A program made the position numbers and the translations under genes. A stretch of DNA of 59,764 bases, filler included, from Dirinaria sp. TL-2023a (taxonomy: Eukaryota), in the NCBI GenBank assembly GCA_051941275.1. It is 5 parts of 5 records of this genome, joined end to end, with 100 filler letters (N's around TTAATTAATTAA, not from the genome) between each part and the next. Parts side by side here need not be neighbours in the genome. Positions count along the whole stretch, not along the records: positions 12,009 to 23,887 come from JAVEBF010000807.1; positions 23,988 to 35,859 come from JAVEBF010000808.1; 3 more parts are not named here. One strand, written 5' to 3'. The notes beneath the pieces were generated by a model. That model was given only the letters and a program-made list of their open reading frames with translations. It made no database searches and was not told the origin of the DNA. Shown here piece after piece: positions 13,411 to 24,022 of the stretch (its first letter is position 1; each line of letters starts with the position of its first letter).

Positions 13411-13942
13411 CTAAAGTAGCTCTAGCTTGCGCATCACCTTCTTGACGGCATTCATATCACGGTCGCTGTCTATATAGACCGCCCCGATGGTAGCTTCTAC
13501 GGCGGTAGCCACCATTCCATCAGAAACGTGTCCCCACAGCGAAGGTTCGGTAATCACGAGATCGTAAATGCCACTCTTCCGTCCAACCGTGTTCAGGTTT
13601 CTATTGCTCAGGGCGGATGAGATGTTCTGCTGGATGAAGCCTTGGACAAAACTATCAACGCCTTTGAGCGTCCATTCAAAAAGCTTATTTACCCCTGTAA
13701 CTGTCGTGATCCCATTCGCGTTCTACAAGAACAAAACGCAGCGCGGCATCTCCAAGCAAGGCTAATTTTTTATTGCCTTCGCGATGCTCTTTAGTAATAC
13801 CGCTGCGGTCCCGAGGTCCGAAATGCTGCCATGAAGCCATCTGACTTGCAACAAGAGCGCTACAGGCGTTTATAGGATCTGAAAACTGGTAGTCGAGGAT
13901 TTCTTGAAGCCTGGCAGCCACTATTGCAGGTTGAACCGCCAT
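13411..13942 (-). CDS. Stand-alone RNase III catalytic-domain protein, 159 aa, no dsRBD; intron 13641-13692
   Basis: Exon 1 LQEILDYQFSD...GNKKLALLGDAALRFVL (signature NERLEFLGDAVL); exon 2 read manually: LSNRNLNTVGRKSGI...VATAVEATIGAVYIDS...VKKVMRKLELL* (signature LADAFEALIGAIYLD). Confidence 0.85.
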
Positions 13943-14422
13943 TGCAGGGAGCGGCGAGGTCAAACAAGAAAAATGAGAGAGGGAAAATCTACTATTACGG
14001 TGGAAGGAAAATGATCGATATGAATGCTAGATGACATAAAAGCGGGCTATCTTTTCTTGAAAAGTGTGGCTATGACTGGCTTTATGTTTTGACCGTCAGT
14101 CGAAATATACGGGCCTCTTGTGCTCTGAGCCTAGATTGGACAAATCGCGGCATGTTTCCAATGCATGACAAAGAAAGTGCTTTGTGTCTTGATCTACTTA
14201 CTGCATTGGAACGAACCGAAACTGGAGGAAAAGGACTGCAGGATCTGTTCTGTCTGTAAGCAAACATGCGCGTTGAGATATCAGAGCTTGCATCACGCTA
14301 AATGTAATAAACGCGCGGCTGCGCGGCTGATGTTCACAAGCGAAAAGATGAAATGTTAGACATCAATTTTCGTCCTCCAAACTGCTACACAGAATGTCCT
14401 GCTCTCTTTTTCCTAGGTAAGC

Positions 14423-15988
14423 ATGCCTCGTCAAAGCAAAAACCTGCAGCAGCCACTACCATCTCAAACGCTTGTCGTAGATAACGGTGCGTATACAATC
14501 AAGGCTGGCTTTGCCGGACAGGGCACTCAATCTGAAAATTGCCATGTCATTCCCAATTGCATTGCAAGAGACCGTGGCAAAAAGGTATGGGTTGGTTCCC
14601 AGTTGGATCAATGTACCGATTTCGGAGAAGTGGTGTTCAGAAGACCTGTTGAAAAAGGCTACCTTGTCAATTGGGAGGCCGAGAAAGCTATCTGGGAGAA
14701 TACGTTCTTCGATCATGGATCTCAATTGAAGGTCAACAGCCGCAGATTGTGTTCATCGTTTGAAAGTTGCGCTGAGACTCGCAGTGTGATCCTCATGAGA
14801 CAAATATCGTGCTCACTGAAGCTCCCAATGCCCCTGCAGCTCTACAGACCAATTGCGATCAGATGATCTTTGAAGAATTTGAGTTTGCATCAGGCAGTCG
14901 ACATGTTGGTCTGTAATTCTCTCAAATAGTGACGACCGAGAGCGGAGCGTCTGGCTAATGCCAGGTAGGTACATCTCTGAACGCTTATCATGATGTCCAG
15001 CCATTGTTTGGCGCTGCTGCGGGATCTTCAACCTTGCAGGCTTTGCCAACCGAGTGTCTGCTGGTCATTGATTCAGGGTATTCACATACAGTTGTGACAC
15101 CGCTGTATCAAGGCAGACCCATACAGCAAGCCATCCGTCGCTTAGAAATCGGTGGCAAATTCTTGACAAATTATCTAAAAGAGCTGGTCTCGATTCGGCA
15201 TTACAATATGTCTGATGAGACTCACTTAATCAACGAGGTAAAAGAAGCTGTTTCCTTCGTTAGTACTGATTTCAAGAGAGATCTCGAGCGGACATGGAAG
15301 GGATCTACCTACAAAAGTAATGGAGAAGACGATGAGCTTCGGGTCGACTACGTGCTTCCTGACTATAATGCCCGAAAAGAAGGTTTTATGCGAGCCCATG
15401 ATCCGTCATTGAACGCAAAGATGCGGAAAATAGGTGCTCTGACTGGCTCAGCTGGAGTCGTGGAAGACTTCATGACCCTCGGAAATGAGCGCTTCATTGT
15501 GCCAGAGTTAATTTTCAATCCTGGAGATGTAGGCATGAAGCAGGCAGGTCTCCCTGCAGTAGTTTTCCAGAGTTTGTCCGGTTTACCACCTGGCCTCTGG
15601 CCGGCTATGCTTGCGAATATACTTGTGGTGGGAGGTAATTCCAAAATTCAGGGCTTCGTGGAGCGGCTGTAAGAATGTCGCATCTGATAATGATATATTA
15701 GGCTAAGCAAGTGGTAGGGAAACCGAAATAAGACAACTTGCACCAGCTGAGTGCGTCGTTCGGCTTGCTGGAGCATCTGAGTAAGTTAACTTAGCTTCCC
15801 TCGGCCTTGACATTGCGATCCGCACGCTGACATCGCGAAGTCCCATCAAGTCGACGTGGCATGGTGGCGCTATCCTCGGAGCTGATAGCACAGCTCTGAA
15901 AAAGGTGCAAGTGACAAGACAAGAGTACCAAGAGCATGGGGCTGGATGGACAGCACGCGTGTTGGCTGGAGCTGTTCGAAAGCCTTAG
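14423..15988 (+). CDS. ARP6: Actin-related protein 6 (SWR1 complex); 4 introns
   Basis: TLVVDNGAYTIKAGF, FRRPVEKGYLVNWEAEKAIW, LVIDSGYSHTVVTPLYQGRP, GGKFLTNYLKELVSIRHYNM, LGNERFIVPELIFNP, final exon PIKSTWHGGA...VTRQEYQEHG. Confidence 0.95.
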
Positions 15989-18900
15989 AAGAGATGAGGC
16001 ACGCAAAAGCTCTTATGAAATTCGTTTACTCAGCAACATCTCTATGCTGCCAAAACCTTCCAGCAGGCTCATTTGATGGATAACGGATGAGCCATTCTGA
16101 TAGAATCATTCGCAGCCACCGGTCATCATACTTATCAACCCATTCGTGAACGAGCTCATAGTATGTACCATCTCTTCTATGACTATACCAGCATTTCAAA
16201 CAGCTCTGATACCTATTTCCTGACTGGCAACACCTTACTCCAACGCTCGCCTCTGATTATTGCTGCATGGTTCAGATACAGGCTCATATGCAGTTATTAC
16301 GTGCGGAACAGCCGTACCAAGCGCTCTCTAGCTCTCTGTTGACGTACGCGCCTTTACAATTGCTTTGAAGCTACATCATGCTCAAGGTCCATTCTTAATA
16401 CCCAGAAAGGGCTGTGGGCCTGACTTTCAATGTGCAGATTTCTTCGACTTCGTGTGTCGTGGAAAGATCATGTTTGGACTCCCGGATTGCTCAGCAATAC
16501 ATTGATCCTCTGGCCTTGAAGAGTATCCTAAGGCTGATACAATAAGATGCAAAAGCAGCATAGCACCAAGAATTGATAGCGCTATGTTCGATCGTCCTTG
16601 ATTTTCGTCAGAGCTGTCCTAAGCAATTCCCGCTTTTCAGAAAGACAGTGGAACTACAAAAGCGATAGGATGTAGATGTATGGTTCATCAAACGAGGCCT
16701 CAGAGGACGTTGCTTTCACTCAAACAATCTGGTGGATAGCTTTCTACGCGATATTCTCACGAAGCTTTATCGCTGCATACGTAATGGGTTTTCAATGTAC
16801 CTTTACAACTTTCTTCCCATTTGCCATTTCTCTACCGATGATCTGCAAATCACCTACCTCTCTCCATAAGACCCAAAAATGCAAAACCACTTTTTAAATA
16901 GCCACGAAGAGCCCTCATCAAAGCAATCTCTGACCAAACCAGCACCGTTTTGATTGAGCCCTCGAAAATAGCATTTCTGTCTAGTCAAAGATCTCAAAAT
17001 CTTCCATAAAAGCAGCCATACCGCAACTTTATCCTTCGTTCATTCAACATTCATCTCCTTAACAAGTTGTGCTTCTATTCTCACCACAGCAACCTGCTCT
17101 GCATAATGCTAAACAAAAGAATATAGAAAAGGTTATAGTAGCACATTACGCCTAGATTGCCAATCTCTACACTTTAAAAAAGAAGAGAAAGAAAGAAATA
17201 TAAAAAGGAAAAAAAAGGAGCTCCCTTCATACCTCAACAACAAACGCTCAAAATTCCCTGCACCGCAAACCAAATCTCCCACTGCCAGATCCAAGAAGAG
17301 CCTTAACATCCACCTCAATCCCACCGATATGTTAAAAAAAACCCCCACCCATATATCCACTCATCAGCGCAACTGCGTTCAAAAAGCATCACGCGCACCC
17401 CTCTTCAGGAACTCCTTCACAAAGTTCCTTTCCTGCTCAATAATCTCTCTCTCTCTGCACAATCCAATCATAATTCTCTTCGTGACAATGAATCATTACT
17501 CCACCACACTGCTATTTCATATACATATATATTCCTCAATTCATAACTGGATCGTGTTGTTGAGATCATTCTATTCTTTACTCTCGGCGCTCTCTCTGCC
17601 CTTAAGATGAAAAAAGAACTTCTCATAATGATTTAATCATCCTCCTCCTCCTCCTGCTGCTCAATCAATTCGAAATCATAGCATAATGCTGGGCAAAACC
17701 AAATTCATCTCTGTTTCACATATCTCATATATCGAGAAATCCGAGAAAGAGTTTTCGGATTAGCGAGGGAAAAACGGAAGCTGCGCTTTTTTTTAAATAA
17801 GAGGAAAAAATAGCCCTGCATGAAAAGGAATCGTATGTTCAGGCAGTGATTGAATTGCCCGGCTTTTCAACAAAAGAGATAAAGAAAAGGAAAAGGAGAG
17901 AAATGGAGGGAAAAAACACCAAAAATCCCCGCTGCCAAGAGCAACCATAGATCGGACCCTCCCTTCCTCTAATAATAAGGTACTAAATCCCTTTTTCTTG
18001 TTTATTCTGTGTACCAAGGAGAATATAGGACGGCCTGCGATTTGTCCCTTCCACGTGATCATGAAGAGGAGACAGGTCAAGGTATGACGAGCTGCCAGAG
18101 ATGTTTTGTCACTATCGTCAGTTCGGAAAATGTCGTGGACGTGATTGTAGCATAGTAGATGAGCATACTTGACGGTACGAATTTGCTTGAGCGTCCTTTA
18201 CCATTTTCCCGTCCGTTCTCTAGACATGAGACGGTCATAAATATTCTTTGAATCATATAGAGCCTCAAAAGAATGCGATTCTGAGAGAGCACTCTAGGCA
18301 TACAAGACATCTGCTTGATTCAAAGTGCGGATGCAAGACGCTATTGAAATTTCGGTCAGCTTGACGGTACTCAATTGTATCACCGAGGTAGGTGAGTGGT
18401 GGGCGCAACATCCTTTCGTACATGGTCTTGACTTGTCCATGATCAGCTTAGATCTCAATTTGTTGTCATCTGATAACAGCCCAACAATTTGAGCTCCCGC
18501 CTTGATCTATTTGCACATAGGAGCTCAGCGCTTGCGCTCTAGGAAAGCCATCTAGTAAAGTCACACCAAGACCTTTGTTGCTGTGCAGCTTCTACGCTGC
18601 GATCCCAACGTCCTTAGCATTTTTGAGGTTTAAGATATCACGTACATCAGTCCTCCACCGGCTCATAGCCTGGTGCATGTCTGCATTTAGCTCGTCGCAA
18701 TAGGACTAAGCAGTGTGGCCAGCGCTGGCAGTCGCCAGTCACATAGCCGTTCATCAAAGACCTCTAGGAGCCCAACGACAGTTCGCAGTCTCCCAACAGA
18801 GCCTTGGGTGAATCGCAGCAACTGACGGAGGTACCGACAGCTTATGGAATCAAAAGTCGATACTCGAAAATCACGACCCATATGGCTATTTAGCCCATTT

Positions 18901-20354
18901 CGTTTCATTCCAGACCTATCAATATGGATCCTATATTCCTACCGTCTGAGGCATGACCTACGTCCCATCATCTCGTATTGCGGCAGCCGGTGTGCGGCGG
19001 CGAGCGAGACTGTCTTGAGGTAAGCCAATCGCCATGATTGACACCCTATACTTGTTTTGACTGAAATTTCAGCTGGATGTTGTGGTCGTGGCGTTTGAGT
19101 GGCTGAGATTTCCAGACCCCCGTGGGACTTCCTGAAAGATTGTCGATTGATATTTACAGTGCTTGATGATTCAGGAATTCCGACATTTGGCTTGTTGCAT
19201 GTGTGTTGCGAAATCTTGACATCTCAACATTCTTCCTTCCTCTATATGCGAACTTATCACTACTTATGTACTGTCGTCTATCGATGCCTTCTTCCCCAAC
19301 TTCGATGTTTCAGGATCAGAATCGCAAAGCCACATTCTTTTCCTAGCAATTTTTCCATCACTTAACGACTTATGGATTTGGACAGAGACAACTTTCATGG
19401 CGACTCAGCTAGCTCATCGTCACTTCTTGAAAACGTTTATTTGCTTGAACCTCATTCTTTCGCTATAAAGAGGAACAAAAAATCCATTCAATCCTGAGAC
19501 AGCAAAAACGTCGGATGGTAATGATAGGTGAAAAACGAATTTCAAAAAGAATGTTCTTTTGTGACTGCGCATGCAGGGCAGAAAAGAATCTTGAGATGCC
19601 AAGATTTATTTCGCAACACACATGCACATGCCAAAATGAGAGTGTAGCGATACAAAGTAATTGGTATCATGACCCTTGACAAGAACCAGTCAATCTAGAA
19701 AAGAGAAGATCTCGTACAATAATGTCAACCGAGCGATTGAAGGTGGAATGACCTCATCGTAGATCCACGATCTCTTCCTAGGTACATGTACATCAAGGTT
19801 TACGAGTGGCTCGTTTCGCGACGATCTGCAGATCATCGTGCAGAGGTCCGACGCCACGGTCATGGGCGTCAACTGAGTCTCGCCTGGGGGGAACACCCCG
19901 ATGCGATACCCATTTGCTACCTGGGGTGCAGCTGTGCGCTCCAAAGCTTACCTGTAGTCACCTGGACGACTGGTCTTGGCGTACACGACGCTAGCGCAGG
20001 ACTTAAGGTATGGCGTCGATCACATTAATGCAACTCCATGTGCCCTGGTCATAGATCCTTCCGAGGGCATAAATATCGCGGCATCGATATGTGATTGAGG
20101 CACTCGCGCATCTTCTCTTGGTGAAGGACTAAAAATTAACCAATATCATGGCAACATGGAAACTCCCAGGGATGTTTCTGCTCTTCTTCTAAATCCCAGC
20201 TATTTGCTTGCCCATGACGGATTCGTTACTTTCTAGCCCCTCGCCAGTGCCAGTCTGAGAAAAGAACTGACCTGATTTCGTTTGCTCGTGATTGCCAAAT
20301 TACCCTCTCTAGCCTCCTTATATTTCTCTTCTTACCACGGCTCGGGACCTCACC

Positions 20355-21185
20355 ATGGTCCCACCGAGCCCCACCAATGTCTCCCCAAAAAGGGGCACCT
20401 ACATCCCCAGCAAACCCACTGATATTCGCAGTCCCTGCCCCGCCGTCAACGCCCTCGCGAACCATGGCTACATCGCCCGCGACGGGCGCAACATCCGCGC
20501 GAGCGAGCTGCACGCAGCCCTTGGCGAGCTCGGTCTAGGTAGCTTCATGAGCACAGTCTTCACCTATCCACCGTTCATCGAACTGCCCACGGATCCCCAA
20601 CCCTCGCCACCGAGCTGGTGGGACATGATCAGCAGCCCGTTCGCGCACGCACTGGGCGGGTTCGCGATGCGCAGACCGGGACAGACCGACGCGGACGGGG
20701 TTGCGGTGCTGGATCTGGATCAGTTGGCCCGCCCGAATGTGGTGGAGCACGATGTCTCGCTTTCGCGCCGTGATTTCGCGCAGGGCGATAACATCCGCCG
20801 GCAGCCGGATCTGATTTCGAATCTTTTGGCGGCGTCGAGTAACGGGGAGAAAATTACGTTAATTGATTTTGTGAAGTTGAGGAAGGATAGGCTGGCGGAG
20901 CAGAGGCGGGTGAATCCCAAATTGCATTTTCAGGCGTGGCAGAATCAGCTCGCTTGTGCGGAAGTGGCGTTGATTCTGAAGGTTCTTGGGGACGGGAGTG
21001 AAGTTCCGGTCGATTATGTAAAGGCTTTTTTTCAGGAGGAGAGGTTGCCGAGGGAGGAAGGGTGGAAGAAGAGGGTTTGGTGGAGTTTGGGGCTGGTGGA
21101 GCTGAACGTGTTAGCAAGTAAAGTAAAAGGACTTGTTGGAGATTTTGGGGGAAAGGAGGGTCCAGTTGTAGCTGCTGTGCATTGA
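20355..21185 (+). CDS. Heme-thiolate peroxidase (chloroperoxidase / short unspecific peroxygenase family), intronless
   Basis: RSPCPAVNALANHGY (PCP proximal Cys), VEHDVSLSRRD (EHD-S motif of short-type enzymes), FFQEERLPREEGW. Confidence 0.92.
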   Translation: MVPPSPTNVSPKRGTYIPSKPTDIRSPCPAVNALANHGYIARDGRNIRASELHAALGELGLGSFMSTVFTYPPFIELPTDPQPSPPSWWDMISSPFAHALGGFAMRRPGQTDADGVAVLDLDQLARPNVVEHDVSLSRRDFAQGDNIRRQPDLISNLLAASSNGEKITLIDFVKLRKDRLAEQRRVNPKLHFQAWQNQLACAEVALILKVLGDGSEVPVDYVKAFFQEERLPREEGWKKRVWWSLGLVELNVLASKVKGLVGDFGGKEGPVVAAVH

Positions 21186-21905
21186 GTGGAATTACGTGAT
21201 GTCTAGAAGAGCAGAGTACCTATACCGCGACTGGTGCGTGCGTCAGAGATCAAGGAATCGATAATGAAATTATCCATGTAATTTCATCTTGATGATAAAA
21301 AATGCCCTTTGAACTCCGAAACATTTATGTAGCACGCTCGCTCACAAAAGTTACTTCTCATAAAAAAGAGCAGAGGACCTGATTTTCGTAGGATTTTCTG
21401 AATCGCGAGGAAAGAAAAAACATAATAACAAAACCGAGATTGTCTCCTATTTAGAGAGCGCTTGACAGACTCCGCAGGCGATGACGGCATATTTCAAGGA
21501 GGGAGCATGAGTGTAGCTCGGCTATGGCAGCGCTTGAATCAAGCCATCGGAGCTTGGCGAGTCTTTCGACCGGTATGACGATTGGAAGCTCCAATTCATA
21601 GAATAGAATATGATTGGCAGAATGAAGAAGAGATTTGCTACTTCTGCCATGATATGCAGGGCCATTCCGCGATGGGATTGAGGATGATTTTTGGGAAATG
21701 CTTTGAGTAGTTCTCGAGCAATTCATGCTATCTAACTCTCTGTCCAAGTTCATTCGACAGTCTTTTTTTTTTTTTTTTTTTTTTTTAACATCTTCTTCAT
21801 CAAAATTCAGAAGACATGCATCTATGCAAACATATCCGTTGCTAGCCAAACCACCACTTCAACTAGCCCCATCCTTCCGCTCTCATGGCATAATCCTGAC
21901 GCTGC

Positions 21906-22423
21906 TCAGTGCTTACAAGTCGCGGAACTGCACGGGGTGCCGCTCTCGGTATTGTTCTTACAATAGTGCAGCGTACAGAAATGAGTTCCGTAGAAGGTGT
22001 CCGTGTCACATTCATTGCACTGGCGGGATCACGTTCTGGTCAGCCGACTTCGACCTTACAATCGAACAGGAGCAAGTGATGCGAGAGGCGGAGAGAAAAG
22101 CATACAGACTTTATCCCTGCAATCGGGATATGATACACGTAGTTCGTGCCTTTGTCCTATATCGTCCCTTTGTTAGTACAAGCAATACGTAGTCAGGTTC
22201 TGACCCAGCCAACACGGAGAAGAAGACATACGTTATCTCCAGCAGTGAAGGAGCATGATGTAGGCGGCGTGTCAGCATTACCGCAGAAGCCGGGACGGTC
22301 AACGTAATTTGCAGCGTTGGTGACAGGCCCGGTGAAATTGGGGTCGGTAGAGGGGTTGTAGGCTGCTTTGGCCAGGAGAGGCAGGAGTGCGAGTACGAGC
22401 GTTGGATAGAAGGAGAGCTTCAT
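21906..22423 (-). CDS. Small secreted cysteine-rich protein, 118 aa, 8 Cys; exons 22423-22232, 22156-22106, 22019-21906
   Basis: Signal peptide MKLSFYPTLVLALLPLLAKA; two GTATG...YAG introns with TACTAAC and GCTGAC branch points give one open frame ending CNECDTDTFYGTHFCTLHYCKNNTESGTPCSSATCKH*. Confidence 0.85.
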
Positions 22424-23887
22424 TCTGTTCGAGGATAGATGTTTAAGGGTTGTGCAGCTTGGATGGAGTGAAGATTGGGTTTCTTTAAGGTTCAAAGAAA
22501 GGTAGAGAGAGAGAGAGCTAGAATTTCGAGGCTATTGGAAGAAAGAGAGATGCAAGTGAAGGACGCTGAATCATGACTGCTCTTTAAATGCCAGGCTAGT
22601 GTTGAAAAAGGGCTCCGAGGTAACCGGGCCATGGGCGTTAGCAGGAGACGGATGACCGCTCAATCTTCCCGGAGTCGGCGCGGCGACAGGCCGTCTACAG
22701 CTGTATAATGATGGATAGAGTGGAGGCAATGAGCCCGCGTTTCCCTCACCGAACACGGAAGCGGGAGCGGGCTTTTGGGCGTGGGGTTTCAGCCCCCGGG
22801 AGGATCGAGCTGGGGGAAAACCGAAGCGCATCCTCCCGGACTCGTAACCCTCCTCGGGACGACAAAGGAAAAAGGAGCGCAGTGGGTCTAAGCCAGTTGG
22901 TAGAAGGGTTGATTGGTATTTTTTGCCTGATCTTAGAGACATAGCCTGGTAATGAGGGTCCTGAATCCGGATTAGAACGAATCCTGGTAATACGAAGAGG
23001 CCCACAAGCTGAGCACGAGATACGGGCTGCGTGGACTGGTTTCAGAAAATTAAGAAAAGGAGATAAAGAAATGTATGTATAACCGCTTTTGGTATGAGTA
23101 CTCTAGCTATTGAAGGATCTGGTACATAGCTTCAGTGCGTGTTACGTGTCGTCCGTATGGAGTAACCCATGCTCTGTCATTGCTCTTCATTATTAGCACT
23201 GCCAGCCTCCTAATGTAACATTGTCAAGAAATGGGGCATATATGGCCAAGCATCCGTGTGTAGTGATTGCAGAAATTATATGCCAACAATTACCTCATCT
23301 ATACTTCGTTGAATTTTGCAAGTGAAAAAGGTACGTAAGTTGGGTACTCGAACAGAGAATCTGAATTGTCAACACAACGATACTGATGTAAAGCACAGGA
23401 ACTAGGACGAGTTATGTTCGCCAATGGAACGTACAATATGATGAACGAGCGTACCGAGGTCAGGGCAAGCGATCATTCTGGGATTAATTAAAATCATTTC
23501 GCAATCGATGATGCTGTCGATAGTGCTTCTCAAAAGTTTTATTCTGCAGTAGATGTTGCCTTATGCGCAATCTCATGGAAGATGCTAAGATCCCGCCTCT
23601 TATGCCGGGATGACACTGCAGTTAAGGTAAGGGTGTGGTGTAGGCGTAAAAATAGTTGAAGACCAAAGGTGGATGAAAAGCAGAAAAATTATCCTAGGTT
23701 CAGTTTCGGGTTAAGAGAGTGGTTGGTGTTTATATATTATTCTAGTAGATCGAGTTTCTGATTCTGGGCCCATGGTCTTAGTTACAAATGGTCTATCCCT
23801 CGGGTGTACGTGAACCGCACTGTCTAAATGTTGTAATTGCGGGTTAGGCTATCTTCGGATATCGCCTAGTGGGCCGGATGACTCCTT

Positions 23888-23987
23888 NNNNNNNNNNNNN
23901 NNNNNNNNNNNNNNNNNNNNNNNNNNNNNNNTTAATTAATTAANNNNNNNNNNNNNNNNNNNNNNNNNNNNNNNNNNNNNNNNNNNN
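23888..23987. other. Artificial contig spacer
   Basis: N44-TTAATTAATTAA-N44. Confidence 0.97.
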
Positions 23988-24022
23988 GTAAGGTACCGTA
24001 GCAGGGGATTTAACTCAAAAAC

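Noticed and set aside
18000..20200. Scattered 60-95 aa ORFs upstream of the peroxidase
   Set aside because: No coherent exon chain or motif found on either strand.
21906..22423. Calling the 8-Cys protein a hydrophobin
   Set aside because: Lacks the two adjacent CC pairs of the hydrophobin pattern.
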